Of a DNA stretch of 64,000 nucleotides, positions 20,479 through 31,131 are shown piece by piece. The position numbers and the translations under genes are program-made. The notes below the pieces were generated by a model. The model saw only the letters and a program-made list of their open reading frames with translations, made no database searches and was not told where the DNA came from. Each line of letters starts with the position of its first letter. The first letter of the stretch is position 1. The stretch is from an uncultured cyanobacterium (GTDB lineage Bacteria; Cyanobacteriota; Cyanobacteriia; Cyanobacteriales; Nostocaceae): NCBI GenBank assembly GCA_963706595.1, contig OY970166.1:2880001-2944000 (forward strand), given 5' to 3'.

Positions 20479-23400
20479 ATGATTACTCAAGATAACTTTA
20501 AATCTCTGCTACTATCACTAGGTTTTGAGCAAAATCGAAATGTGTTATCAAAGCATTTTTCGCATACTGAGGGGATGATCAAGGTAGACTTTAATAAAAA
20601 AGAATTAATTTATCCTGAAGATCATGGATTAATTATTAATGAGCGTCAGACTTGCAACTTCTCTCAAAATGAAAATTTTGTTGTTTTTGAGTGCGTGCAT
20701 CGACTTTTAGTAAAAGGATATAAACCTGAACATATAGAACTTGAACCAAAATGGCAAGTTGGGCATGGTGCTAGTGGAGGTCGTGCAGATATTTTAGTAA
20801 AAAATCAACAAGGAAAACCAATGTTGATCATTGAGTGCAAAACAGCAGGTAAAGAGTTTGAAAAAGCTTGGAAAGATACTCAAAACGACGGAGGACAATT
20901 ATTTTCTTATGCTCAACAGATTCAAGAAACTGAATTTTTATGTCTTTATGCTTCAAGCTTTTTAGATGATGTTTGTATTGTTAATTATTATGTCATATCT
21001 CACAAAGACAACCAAAAAATCATAGCAGATGATCCTAGTCTACTTAGTTTTGAGAAGGCAAAGGATGTAAAAGGAAGATTTAAAGTTTGGCAACAAACAT
21101 ATCAATTAGAAAAAACTACTAAGGGCATTTTTGAAGATAATATTCCTGCCTATCAGATTGGTAAAGATAAATACACTATTGATGATCTGACACCGATTAA
21201 TGCAAGAGATAAAGAAAAGAAATATCATGTATTCCGAACTATTCTCAGAAAGCATAATGTTTCTGGACGAGAGAATGCCTTTGATATTTTAGTTAATCTT
21301 TTTCTGTGCAAGATTGTAGATGAAACTCAGCATCCACAAGAACTTAAGTTCTATTGGAAGGGGATAGCATACGATAATTATTACGATTTTATTGACCGAT
21401 TGCAGGGGCTTTATAAATATGGGATGGAAAAATATTTAGGCGAAGAGATTACTTATATTAGTAATGAAGAAATTGAGGGCGCATTTTGGGCAGCGAAACA
21501 AAAGCGTAATGCTATTAAAAAGCAAATTAAAGATTATTTTCGTAAACTTAAATTTTTCACTAATAATGATTTTGCTTTTATTGATATCTACAATAAAAAT
21601 CTATTTGATAAGAATATCAAAATTTTGTTAGATATTGTGGAGATGTGGCAAGACTTACGCCTAAAAAATCAAGAACAAAATCAGTTTTTAGGCGATATGT
21701 TTGAGTTCTTTTTAGACAATGGAGTTAAGCAATCTGAAGGACAATTTTTTACACCAATTCCCATAACTCGGTTTATTTGTATGGCTTTGCCTTTAGAAAA
21801 TATGATCAGAGATAAATCTGAGTTGCCCAGAGTTCTAGATTTTGCCTGCGGTTCGGGGCATTTTCTGACTGAGTTAGCTATTCAGGCAAAGCCTTTTGTG
21901 CAGAAATATAGACAAGTAGAACCTTCTACTTTTTTCAAAAACATCTATGGCATAGAGAAAGAATCTCGTCTGTCGAAAGTTGCGAAAGTTTCAGCTTTTA
22001 TGTATGGACAGGAAGGTATTAATATTCTGCCCCATGATGCCCTTGAGGATATTCCCGAAATTAAACTAGAAAGTTTTGATATTTTAGTTGCTAATCCACC
22101 TTTTGCAGTGGAAGATTTTTTAGAAAATTTATCTGAAGAACAAAGAGAAAAGTATGAACTTTTTGACAGTATTTCTGATTTAGGTAATAAAAATATTCAA
22201 TGCTTTTTTATTGAACGAGCTAAACAATTGCTTGCACCGAATGGAGTGGCGGGGATTATTGTACCTTCATCGGTGCTTTCTAATTCTGATAATACGCATA
22301 TTGCCACTAGAGAAATTTTGCTGAAATATTTTGATATTATTTCAATTGTAGAATTGGGTGGTAATACGTTTAGCAAGACGGGAACGAATACGGTTGTGTT
22401 ATTTTTGCGGAGAAAATCACAACGTCCTGAACCTGCGGAACAATACGAAAATCGGGTTTTAGATTTCTTTGAAAATTGGCAAGATGAATTACAATCTGGT
22501 GGGGGAATGTATCGGGATATTGATTCTGTTAAAAAGTATTGTGAGCATATTGAGGTAGGTTTTGAAGATTATCAAACGCTTTTATTGGGTGTTCCTTCGG
22601 AGCAATTATTAGAATATGAACTGTTTAAGGAATACAAAAATGAGTTTGATAAAAGCACTGAAATTGTTAATTTAAAAAAGAGAAAATCTTTTAAGGATTT
22701 TTCTGAGCAAGAACAAGAGGCTGAACTGAATAAGAGGTTTTTAGAATATTTGCAAGCGATTGAAAAAAATAAGCTTTATTATTTCATTTTAGCTTTTAAT
22801 AATCCCCAGAAGGTTCTAATTGTTAAAAGTCCTGCGGATAATAAGGAACAAAAGCAATTTCTTGGCTATGAATGGAGTAATGCGAAGGGTAATGAAGGTC
22901 TAAAATATCTTACTGGTAGTCATATTACGCCACTTTTTGATCCTGATAATCGATACAATTCTGAAAAAATCAATTATTGGATTCAGCAAAATTTTAACGG
23001 TAATAATCAAGATATCGAATTGCAAAACCTCAGCAAATATATTACTTATGCCAGTTTGGTAGATTTATTAGATTTCTCTCGTAAGGATTTTAATAAGGCT
23101 TTTTCGCTTACTCCTAAGAAGAATTTAAAAATTGAAACTAAATGGGAATTAGTAAAGTTAGAAAATGTTTGTGAAATTGTTAGAGGTGCATCACCTAGAC
23201 CAATTGATAAATATATTACAACAGATGAAAATGGTATAAATTGGATCAAAATTGGTGATGTAAATCAAGGTTCAAAATATGTGACTCAAGCAGCAGAAAA
23301 GATAACTTTAGAAGGTGCTGAGAAATCAAGAGCAGTTAAAGAAGGTGACTTTATTTTATCTAATTCTATGAGCTTTGGTAGACCTTACATTATGAAAATA

Positions 23401-24291
23401 TCGGGCTGTATTCATGATGGTTGGTTACTGCTATCTAAATTTAGTGAAAGACTAAACAAGGACTATCTATACGAGATTTTATCTTACAAAGATACTCAAC
23501 AACAGTTTTCGGAAAGTGCGGCTGGTGGAGTAGTACAAAATTTGAATACTGAAAGAGTCAGAGCCACTAAAATTCCCTTACCACCTTTAGAAGTGCAGCA
23601 GCAGATAGTTAATGAATGTGAGGCAATTGATCAGGCTGTAATCAATGCTCAAGAGGCAATTCAACAATCTAGAAATGAAATTGAAGATAAGATAAGTCAA
23701 ATATACATTTCAAAATACGATTTCTGTGAGATTAAAAAAATTAGTCTTGATGTGCAGTATGGTATTTCAGAAAAAATGAATACAGAGAATAAAGGCTATA
23801 AAATTTTTAGAATGAATGAAATCATTTTAGGAAAGATGTCTGATAACGGATCAATGAAATATGCTGACATTTCGCAAGATGAATTTCTTAAATACAAGCT
23901 TCAGAAGGGTGATATTTTATTTAATCGAACGAATAGCATTGAACACGTTGGTAAAACAGGTTTATTTAGTTTAGATGGAGATTATTGTTTTGCTTCATAT
24001 CTAATTAGGATCATTATAAATAGTGAGTTAGCAATACCTTATTTTGTCAATTTAATAATGAATTTTTCATTGTTTCAAGAGGAAGCAAAATCTAAAGCAT
24101 CTAAAGCGATTAATCAAGCGAATATTAATGCAACCATTATGAAAAATATAAAAATTCCAGTACCACCTTTACCAGTTCAAGAAAAATTAGTTTCAGGAGT
24201 AGAGAAATTAGAGCAAGAAATTAGTAAAAATCAAAAGATTGTAGATGAAGCTCCTAATCTTAAGCAACAAGTGATGAAAAGATATTTGTAA
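20479..24291 (+). CDS. single-chain restriction-modification enzyme: nuclease, N6-adenine methyltransferase and two HsdS-like specificity domains (type IIB/IIG-like)
   Basis: RADILV...IIECK; GQFFTP, DFACGSGHFL, NPPF; two TRDs ending in IPLPPLEVQQQIV and IPVPPLPVQEKLV. Confidence 0.9.
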   Translation: MITQDNFKSLLLSLGFEQNRNVLSKHFSHTEGMIKVDFNKKELIYPEDHGLIINERQTCNFSQNENFVVFECVHRLLVKGYKPEHIELEPKWQVGHGASGGRADILVKNQQGKPMLIIECKTAGKEFEKAWKDTQNDGGQLFSYAQQIQETEFLCLYASSFLDDVCIVNYYVISHKDNQKIIADDPSLLSFEKAKDVKGRFKVWQQTYQLEKTTKGIFEDNIPAYQIGKDKYTIDDLTPINARDKEKKYHVFRTILRKHNVSGRENAFDILVNLFLCKIVDETQHPQELKFYWKGIAYDNYYDFIDRLQGLYKYGMEKYLGEEITYISNEEIEGAFWAAKQKRNAIKKQIKDYFRKLKFFTNNDFAFIDIYNKNLFDKNIKILLDIVEMWQDLRLKNQEQNQFLGDMFEFFLDNGVKQSEGQFFTPIPITRFICMALPLENMIRDKSELPRVLDFACGSGHFLTELAIQAKPFVQKYRQVEPSTFFKNIYGIEKESRLSKVAKVSAFMYGQEGINILPHDALEDIPEIKLESFDILVANPPFAVEDFLENLSEEQREKYELFDSISDLGNKNIQCFFIERAKQLLAPNGVAGIIVPSSVLSNSDNTHIATREILLKYFDIISIVELGGNTFSKTGTNTVVLFLRRKSQRPEPAEQYENRVLDFFENWQDELQSGGGMYRDIDSVKKYCEHIEVGFEDYQTLLLGVPSEQLLEYELFKEYKNEFDKSTEIVNLKKRKSFKDFSEQEQEAELNKRFLEYLQAIEKNKLYYFILAFNNPQKVLIVKSPADNKEQKQFLGYEWSNAKGNEGLKYLTGSHITPLFDPDNRYNSEKINYWIQQNFNGNNQDIELQNLSKYITYASLVDLLDFSRKDFNKAFSLTPKKNLKIETKWELVKLENVCEIVRGASPRPIDKYITTDENGINWIKIGDVNQGSKYVTQAAEKITLEGAEKSRAVKEGDFILSNSMSFGRPYIMKISGCIHDGWLLLSKFSERLNKDYLYEILSYKDTQQQFSESAAGGVVQNLNTERVRATKIPLPPLEVQQQIVNECEAIDQAVINAQEAIQQSRNEIEDKISQIYISKYDFCEIKKISLDVQYGISEKMNTENKGYKIFRMNEIILGKMSDNGSMKYADISQDEFLKYKLQKGDILFNRTNSIEHVGKTGLFSLDGDYCFASYLIRIIINSELAIPYFVNLIMNFSLFQEEAKSKASKAINQANINATIMKNIKIPVPPLPVQEKLVSGVEKLEQEISKNQKIVDEAPNLKQQVMKRYL

Positions 24292-24523
24292 ATGATTTTT
24301 AAGTTGCCTAAATTGGCTATGAGTCCGCTCTATATGGGGCGATCGCTGTTGAATATTGCGGAGGCGATCGCGCATTGAGATGATGGAAAAAATCGATAGT
24401 ATACATTACCTCATAACCAGGTAAGTAAGTCATCGTAAATAATTAGAGGTTTGTAGTCAGGACTAAATTACTATATTTTTACATTACTTTTAGTATTCAA
24501 GGAGATGTTTTTTTATGTCCAAG

Positions 24524-24853
24524 TTACGGAGTAACAACCCGTGTTTGAGCTTGTGAGCGAGATTGAGGTTTATTTTTGACTACGATTTCCACGTCTCGAC
24601 CCAAAGCATTCAAAAAGCGAAATAATCGCACAGTTGAAAAGCCCGATAACTTACCATTGATTAAGGCAGATATTTTAGGTTGGTCAACCCCCAAAAGTTC
24701 TGCTGCTTCAGCCTGCGACATCTTTTGCTGAGTAATAATTTTGCTGATTTTACGAGCAAGTTCTGCCTTGACAAGCAACTCATCAGGGTTTTCTAAACCT
24801 AAGTCAGCAAAGACATTACCACTGCTTGCTTGCACTCTAATTTCCTGATTCAT
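24524..24853 (-). CDS. XRE-type HTH antitoxin (HigA-like)
   Basis: SSGNVFADLG, SQAEAAELLGVDQPKISAL; 3 bp downstream of the toxin. Confidence 0.88.
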   Translation of the reverse strand: MNQEIRVQASSGNVFADLGLENPDELLVKAELARKISKIITQQKMSQAEAAELLGVDQPKISALINGKLSGFSTVRLFRFLNALGRDVEIVVKNKPQSRSQAQTRVVTP

Positions 24854-24856
24854 CCC

Positions 24857-25237
24857 TTACTCTCCTTTGTTCTGTTTGCAGTAGTTTTCCAAATGATGTG
24901 CCTTTGCTCGTTTAAGCCTTGCTGAAATCAACTCAATATCCTGTTGTGGTGTAGCGATACCTTGCTTTGATTTCTTTTGAAAGCTGTGCAGAACATAAAT
25001 CACGCCGGCCAGTTTGACTGTATAAATGGCTCGGTAAGTATCTCCATCAAAATCTTCCACGACTTCAAGCACTCCAGCACCCTTAAATCCTTTAAGTGGT
25101 TTGACTGAAAGATGCTTTTCACCACATTGAGCCAAGTACAACGCATAGCCAACAACTTGTTGAACCTCTTCTGGAAATTCTTTCAAATCCTCCAGGGCAT
25201 TTCCAACCCACTCAATTGGTTTCAAAGATAAACTCAT
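24857..25237 (-). CDS. RelE/ParE-superfamily toxin (HigB/Gp49-like)
   Basis: KPLKGFKGAGVLEV...TYRAIY...YVLHSFQKKS; toxin-first gene order. Confidence 0.88.
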   Translation of the reverse strand: MSLSLKPIEWVGNALEDLKEFPEEVQQVVGYALYLAQCGEKHLSVKPLKGFKGAGVLEVVEDFDGDTYRAIYTVKLAGVIYVLHSFQKKSKQGIATPQQDIELISARLKRAKAHHLENYCKQNKGE

Positions 25238-25408
25238 ATCTTAAATTATGCTAGTTTTAGCATATCATTTTCATTGGTTTTGACCAGCAAGCTAACTAAA
25301 ACTACACTGCAACGGTTTCTACCTATAGCGCCAGCGAAAAACATGAAGCGATCGCCCACTCATGATAGATATTGATTAGTCAAGCTGACTTATCTAAATC
25401 ATATCAAT

Positions 25409-27184
25409 ATGACTCAACAAATATATACAGCAGATATCTTAGTCGTGGGCGGAGGAACCGGAGGAACAGCAGCAGCCATCCAAGCGGCGCGACGGGGAGC
25501 AAAAACTATTCTAGTCAGTGAATTTCCGTGGTTAGGGGGAATGCTCACCTCTGCTGGGGTGTCTGCACCTGATGGTAATGAATTAGTGGCATTTCAAACC
25601 GGATTATGGGGTGCGTTTTTACAAGAATTACGGCAACGTCAACCGGAAGGATTAAATAATAGCTGGGTGAGCTTTTTTAGTTATGATCCCCGCATTGGAG
25701 CCGAGATTTTTGCAGATTGGGTGCATGAATTATCAAATCTGCATTGGATATCTGGACAAGTGCCTTTAGAAGTGTTGCAACAAGGTAATTGTGTAACTGG
25801 TGTAAGGTTTGCAGACTTCAGCGTTACAGCCAAAATTATTCTCGACGGTACAGAATTAGGCGATTTATTGGCTTTGGGGGAAATACCTCACCGTTGGGGC
25901 TGGGAGTTGCAATCTGAGTTTGGAGAAATAAGCGCCCCAGCAGATTATAATCATCTCACACAAAGTTATCCAGTGCAAGCCCCGACTTGGGTCGTGGTGA
26001 TGCAAGATTTTGGTGAAGCCGATGCTCCAGAAATTCCACCTGCGCCTAATTATGATCCTTCCCTGTTTGCAGGTGCATGGGATAACTACGGTGCAGAGAA
26101 ATTCTTGAATTATGGACGCTGGGCAGGCGGTCGATTTATGATTAATTGGCCTATCTGTGGTAACGACTATGCCGAAGGTGTAGGACGATTAATCGAGTCA
26201 GAAGCAACCAAAAAGGAATTTTTACAAAAATCTCGCTGGCATAGCCAAAATTTTGCCCATTTTATCCAAAATAACTTGGGTAGACGTTATGGTTTAGCTG
26301 AGTCAGTTTTTCCCTGTAAAGCTAGTGCTTTTGCATTGCATCCTTACTACCGCGAGAGTCGCCGCTTGGTGGGACTAACTACTGTGCGAGAACAGGATAT
26401 TTTGCCAATGGCTGGGGGTAGGGTAGCATCTCTGTTCCCCGATACCATTGCTGTGGGTAACTATGCCAACGATCATCATTATCCTGGGTTCGACTTGCCA
26501 CTGCAACCGAAATCGATTCTTTGGGGAGGGCGTTGGACGGGTACACCTTTTACTATTCCCTACCGTTCCCTAATTCCTGCCCAAACAGATGGTTTTTTAG
26601 TTTGTGAAAAAAATATTTCGGTATCTCATATTGCTAATGGTGCAACCAGATTACAACCTGTGGTTATGGGTATTGGTCAAGCGGCGGGAATGGCTGCGGC
26701 GATGTGCGTTGAGTTGAACTGTCAGCCCAGGGATTTACCTGTGAAGCAATTACAAAATGCTTTATTAAAATCCTCAAAAGCTCCGGCGACACTTATACCT
26801 TTATTTAACTTAGATATATCATCTCGAAATCCGGAATGGCTAAATTGGCAAGTGTATTACTTAAATAAGCCCCAAGCTTATCCATTAAATGGCAATTATC
26901 CTGGTTTCTCTCTGCAACCGTGTAATCACTTAGATAATAAACAAGTATTAACACGTAATAGCGATGGTTTCACAGGCATTTTCCGGCGGATAAATCAGCA
27001 ATCTTACCGTTTTACTATCACTGCGCCAGCGGCCTATGATGGTCAAACTTGGCAGCTTGTGACTTTGCGATCGCACGTACAAGAGCAACTACAAACTGCT
27101 GTGCATGAGCAACTACTAACTATTTGGGGTCATTTAAATCATGCGGGTCATTGGTTACTAGCTGAAGATGTTGACATATCGTAA
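25409..27184 (+). CDS. FAD-dependent oxidoreductase
   Basis: DILVVGGGTGGTAAAIQAAR Rossmann motif; RESRR; RLQPVVMGIGQAAG. Confidence 0.9.
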   Translation: MTQQIYTADILVVGGGTGGTAAAIQAARRGAKTILVSEFPWLGGMLTSAGVSAPDGNELVAFQTGLWGAFLQELRQRQPEGLNNSWVSFFSYDPRIGAEIFADWVHELSNLHWISGQVPLEVLQQGNCVTGVRFADFSVTAKIILDGTELGDLLALGEIPHRWGWELQSEFGEISAPADYNHLTQSYPVQAPTWVVVMQDFGEADAPEIPPAPNYDPSLFAGAWDNYGAEKFLNYGRWAGGRFMINWPICGNDYAEGVGRLIESEATKKEFLQKSRWHSQNFAHFIQNNLGRRYGLAESVFPCKASAFALHPYYRESRRLVGLTTVREQDILPMAGGRVASLFPDTIAVGNYANDHHYPGFDLPLQPKSILWGGRWTGTPFTIPYRSLIPAQTDGFLVCEKNISVSHIANGATRLQPVVMGIGQAAGMAAAMCVELNCQPRDLPVKQLQNALLKSSKAPATLIPLFNLDISSRNPEWLNWQVYYLNKPQAYPLNGNYPGFSLQPCNHLDNKQVLTRNSDGFTGIFRRINQQSYRFTITAPAAYDGQTWQLVTLRSHVQEQLQTAVHEQLLTIWGHLNHAGHWLLAEDVDIS

Positions 27185-27228
27185 AAGTAATTTTTTTTCA
27201 GTAAAACACACTACTTTTTGATCAACTC

Positions 27229-27257
27229 TCCGGATACATTACTGGAAAATCAGTAGT
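27229..27257 (+). promoter_or_regulatory. DIF1-type heterocyst-specific promoter of patX
   Basis: TCCGGA (27229-27234), 18 nt, then GTAGT; about 60 bp upstream of the patX ATG. Confidence 0.75.
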
Positions 27258-27291
27258 AGTAGATAAGAGAGTTCTAAAATAAACATCTGTT

Positions 27292-27525
27292 ATGCGAGCT
27301 ACGATTTCACTTTTAGTTTCGAGTTTGGTCTTCAGTTCCTTAGCTTTCAACTGCCAAGCAAAGGTAAATCGCCTATCTCAGATGTTGCTATCCTCTTCTG
27401 GTTTGCAACAGTTAGCCTCAGATTCATCTCAATATCAAGCGCAATTCAGCGAGCCAGAAAGCCCAAGACTAGATCGGGGTAGTGGACGGATCAGCATCAT
27501 GCAAAAGTTTGGCGATCATGTTTAA
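27292..27525 (+). CDS. patX: heterocyst-inhibiting RGSGR peptide precursor PatX
   Basis: Signal-peptide-like N-terminus, P..RGSGR motif, location after the FAD oxidoreductase near sepJ/hetR, DIF1 promoter. Confidence 0.9.
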   Translation: MRATISLLVSSLVFSSLAFNCQAKVNRLSQMLLSSSGLQQLASDSSQYQAQFSEPESPRLDRGSGRISIMQKFGDHV

Positions 27526-27768
27526 TCTGAAGTGACGCTATCTCTTCGTGTCCTATCTTTTGTAGAGTCAGCAGTAGTCTAATTCTCAGAAAATTCAGAA
27601 CTACTTATCTAGCAGAGATATAAAACTTAAATATTCACGATACGTCATGCTGCAATCAAAACTTTTGCGTCGCTCAACTCATTAAATCTCAATTATTAGG
27701 CGATGGCTGATCGGCCTTCGGTACGCGCATACCCATGCAATCATGTGATGAAACGCTTATATAAAGAG

Positions 27769-27794
27769 AGTGACTCTGAATATTCAGAGTCACT
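27769..27794. terminator. perfect 26-bp palindrome between convergent patX and gnd
   Basis: agtgactctgaatattcagagtcact followed by ttt. Confidence 0.55.
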
Positions 27795-27856
27795 TTTAAA
27801 TATCTAACCTAAACAGTGGAAACTTTCACAATCCCCTGATGTGAAGGAGTGAAAGT

Positions 27857-29287
27857 CTATTTCTTGCTCTCAGCAATGGGAACCCACTCAGTGTGGAATG
27901 AGCCTTCTTTGTCAAGACGCTTGTAAGTATGTGCGCCGAAGTAGTCGCGTTGTGCTTGGGTCAAGTTTTGAGGTAGGCGATCGCGGCGATAGCTGTCAAA
28001 ATAATCCAAAGATGCACTAAATGCAGGAACTGGGATACCGAGTTTTGCTGCTGTCATGATTACTTCCCGCCAAGCATCTTGTCTATCAAGAATAGTCTGC
28101 TTAAATTCGGGAGCTAATAGCAAGTTAGGCAAAGCGGGATTTTCGTTAAAAGCCTTCTTAATCTTATTCAAGAAGCCAGCCCGAATAATACAGCCACCTT
28201 TCCAAATCCGCGCCATCTCACTCAAATTCAAATCCCAATTGTATGTTTTAGAAGCTGTATATAACAGCGCCATACCTTGAGCATAAGAACAAATTTTCGA
28301 GCAATAAAGAGCATCACGAACCTTGTTAACAAAGTCCTTCACATCGCCATCAAATTTAGCGCTGGGGCCTGAGATACTCTTAGATGCTGCAACCCGTTCA
28401 TCTTTAATCGAAGACATAATCCGGGCATTAACTGCGGCGGTAATTGTCGGAATTGCTACACCCAACTCCAAAGCAGTTTGTACAGTCCAACGACCAGTTC
28501 CCTTTTGACCGGCTGCGTCAACAATTAACTCCACCAAGGGTTTTTTGGTTTCGGGGTCAACGTAAGGGAAAATATTCGATGTAATCTCAATCAGAAACGA
28601 ATTGAGTTCATCTGTAGTGTTCCATTGAGTGAACACTTCATGTAGCTGAGTTTCATTTAATCCAGCCACATTTTTCAGCAAATCGTAGGCTTCTGCAATT
28701 AGCTGCATATCACCGTACTCAATACCGTTGTGTACCATTTTTACATAGTGACCAGAACCACCAGGGCCAATATAGGTAACACAAGCACCATCATCGACTT
28801 GAGCAGCAATTTTGTTGAAAATTGGTGATAGGTACTCATAGGAACTGGGAGTACCACCAGGCATGAGTGAGGGTCCATTGAGAGCGCCTTCTTCACCGCC
28901 ACTGACACCCATACCCAAGAACCGCAATCCAGCAGGTTCTAACTCTTGAGTACGTCTTTCTGTGTCTTCAAACCAAGAGTTACCACCGTCAATAATGATA
29001 TCGCCTTCATCTAGTAAGGGTTTGAGTTGGGCAATCACCGCATCCACTGGCTTACCAGCTTGCACCATCACGAGAATTTTGCGGGGACGTTCCAATGATG
29101 CGACAAATTCCTCTAAGGTAAAGGCGGCTTTGACGTTCCTTCCTGGGGCGCGCTGCGCCATAAACGCATCCGTTTTTTCTCTGGAGCGGTTATAAACTGC
29201 AATTGGGAAGCCATTACGCTCAACGTTGAGCGCTATATTTTCGCCCATTACGGCTAATCCAATCACACCAAAGCTTTGTAGTGTCAT
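27857..29287 (-). CDS. gnd: NADP-dependent 6-phosphogluconate dehydrogenase
   Basis: GLAVMG, VKMVHNGIEYGDMQ, GQKGTG, QAQRDYFGAHTY. Confidence 0.98.
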   Translation of the reverse strand: MTLQSFGVIGLAVMGENIALNVERNGFPIAVYNRSREKTDAFMAQRAPGRNVKAAFTLEEFVASLERPRKILVMVQAGKPVDAVIAQLKPLLDEGDIIIDGGNSWFEDTERRTQELEPAGLRFLGMGVSGGEEGALNGPSLMPGGTPSSYEYLSPIFNKIAAQVDDGACVTYIGPGGSGHYVKMVHNGIEYGDMQLIAEAYDLLKNVAGLNETQLHEVFTQWNTTDELNSFLIEITSNIFPYVDPETKKPLVELIVDAAGQKGTGRWTVQTALELGVAIPTITAAVNARIMSSIKDERVAASKSISGPSAKFDGDVKDFVNKVRDALYCSKICSYAQGMALLYTASKTYNWDLNLSEMARIWKGGCIIRAGFLNKIKKAFNENPALPNLLLAPEFKQTILDRQDAWREVIMTAAKLGIPVPAFSASLDYFDSYRRDRLPQNLTQAQRDYFGAHTYKRLDKEGSFHTEWVPIAESKK

Positions 29288-29645
29288 AAATTATGTTTGG
29301 CTAACTCTTGCAGATCCTTTTATCTTTAGGGTAGACCGAGATTTTGGCTTCTCTCCTAAAGAAGACCTTAAGAGTTGAATAAACTGCAAAAATTTACATT
29401 TAGCACAAAGAATTAATTGTGGCAAGTTTGATTATGCGATTACAGCGATTTTTAGCTAAATAAACCACATCTTTATATCTCACGCAAAGGCGCAAAGGCG
29501 CAAAGGAAGAAAGAAAGACAGATATCGGCGCGTGTTTTAAATACCTGAAAACTGCTGTAATTTCTGTCAATTAGAGGATGATTTCACTGTCTCCACTGTT
29601 TTAGACATAGTAGAAGGTGGGCAAAGGTGCAGCAGGAGAGCGCAG

Positions 29646-30878
29646 ATGAATGAGTCGGTGCAGGCGTTACCATTATTGGTGTTACTGGTGGGAATGGCGA
29701 TCGCGATCGCTATTCTGATTAAATCTGGTTTAGAGCGCATTGGTGTTCCGGCTCTGGTTGGCTATTTAGTCCTGGGATTTGTCCTGCGCCTGATTGATCA
29801 TCAATGGGATATCCTTTCCCCAGAGGGAGCAGAAGTTTTTCAGTTCTTGGCACAGTTGGGAATTATCGCTTTACTATTCCGGGTGGGATTAGAAAGTGAC
29901 TTGGCTGGACTAATGCGCCAGCTTTCCCGCGCCAGCATCATCTTAGCTGGTGATGTGTTACTGAGCGGCGGATTGGCTTTTGTGGTTTCCTACTGGTGGC
30001 TGCAACTGGGGCTAATTTCCAGTTTGTTTGTCAGTACTGCCATGACTGCTACCAGTGTAGGGGTAGCCGTTGGGGTTTGGCAGGAAGTGGACGCGACAGA
30101 TTCGCCCAACGGTCAGTTACTGCTGGATGTGGCGGAAATGGATGATATTTCTGGTGTGATTTTGATGGCCTTGCTGTTTGCGCTCGCACCTACATTAAAA
30201 GACAGTGTGGATGCTTCTATTGTCGCCATTCTCGCTCAAACCGCCGGAAGTTTCTTTTTAAAATCTATCTTATTCGCTACCTTTTGTTACGTATTTTCGC
30301 GTAACTTTGAGGCAGCAGTTACAGGTTTTGTCAGGAGGATTGAAAAACCCCCAGATCCGATGTTGACTGTGGCCAGCATTGGATTTATCATTGCGGCGAT
30401 CGCTGGTTTATTAGGATTTTCAGTAGCCATCGGAGCCTTTTTTGCGGGACTCGTGTTCAGCCGTGATCCAGAAGCTGTCAAATTAGATACTTCTTTCACC
30501 ACACTTTATGAATTTTTCGTCCCGTTTTTCTTTATTGGAATTGGGTTGCAAATTGAGCCTAATGCCTTAACAACGGTTTTGGGTTTGGGGGGTGCTTTGT
30601 TGATTGTAGCCGTATTGGGTAAAATTCTTGGTGCTGGTGTACCTGCGATATTTATGACCGGATGGGTTGGAGGGATATTACTGGGTGTCAGCTTGGTTCC
30701 CAGAGCCGAAATCACCTTAATTATCATGCAACGAGGGCTGTCATTGGGGAATTGGGCAATTTCTCCACAGGTATTTGCTGCTATGGTTGTCGTATCTGCT
30801 GTGACTAGTATCGTCACTCCCTTAATTCTGCACCGAATGCTGGTGCAGTGGCCGCAAACACAAGAAGAATCATCATGA
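29646..30878 (+). CDS. cation:proton antiporter (CPA2/NapA-like)
   Basis: Multi-TM; LLFRVGLE, TATSVG, AEMDD, VPRAE. Confidence 0.9.
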   Translation: MNESVQALPLLVLLVGMAIAIAILIKSGLERIGVPALVGYLVLGFVLRLIDHQWDILSPEGAEVFQFLAQLGIIALLFRVGLESDLAGLMRQLSRASIILAGDVLLSGGLAFVVSYWWLQLGLISSLFVSTAMTATSVGVAVGVWQEVDATDSPNGQLLLDVAEMDDISGVILMALLFALAPTLKDSVDASIVAILAQTAGSFFLKSILFATFCYVFSRNFEAAVTGFVRRIEKPPDPMLTVASIGFIIAAIAGLLGFSVAIGAFFAGLVFSRDPEAVKLDTSFTTLYEFFVPFFFIGIGLQIEPNALTTVLGLGGALLIVAVLGKILGAGVPAIFMTGWVGGILLGVSLVPRAEITLIIMQRGLSLGNWAISPQVFAAMVVVSAVTSIVTPLILHRMLVQWPQTQEESS

Positions 30879-31131
30879 ACAGCATTTGCATCCATTCATA
30901 GCCTTACTCATGGGCATAATTAACGCTAAAGGTACTTTGTAATGGGTTGATAGCTTTGGATTAAACAAAATTAGCAATTAAGTTACAAAAGTTGCAGAAT
31001 TAAAATATCTAGTTAAGGATCTGGGTACTGAGGACTGGTAGGCAGGAAATAATATAAATGGTTCCTAATCCTTAATCCCTAATTTCCAATCCCTAGTCAA
31101 ATAAAGCAATGCAGTAAGGAGTAACCAAAAA

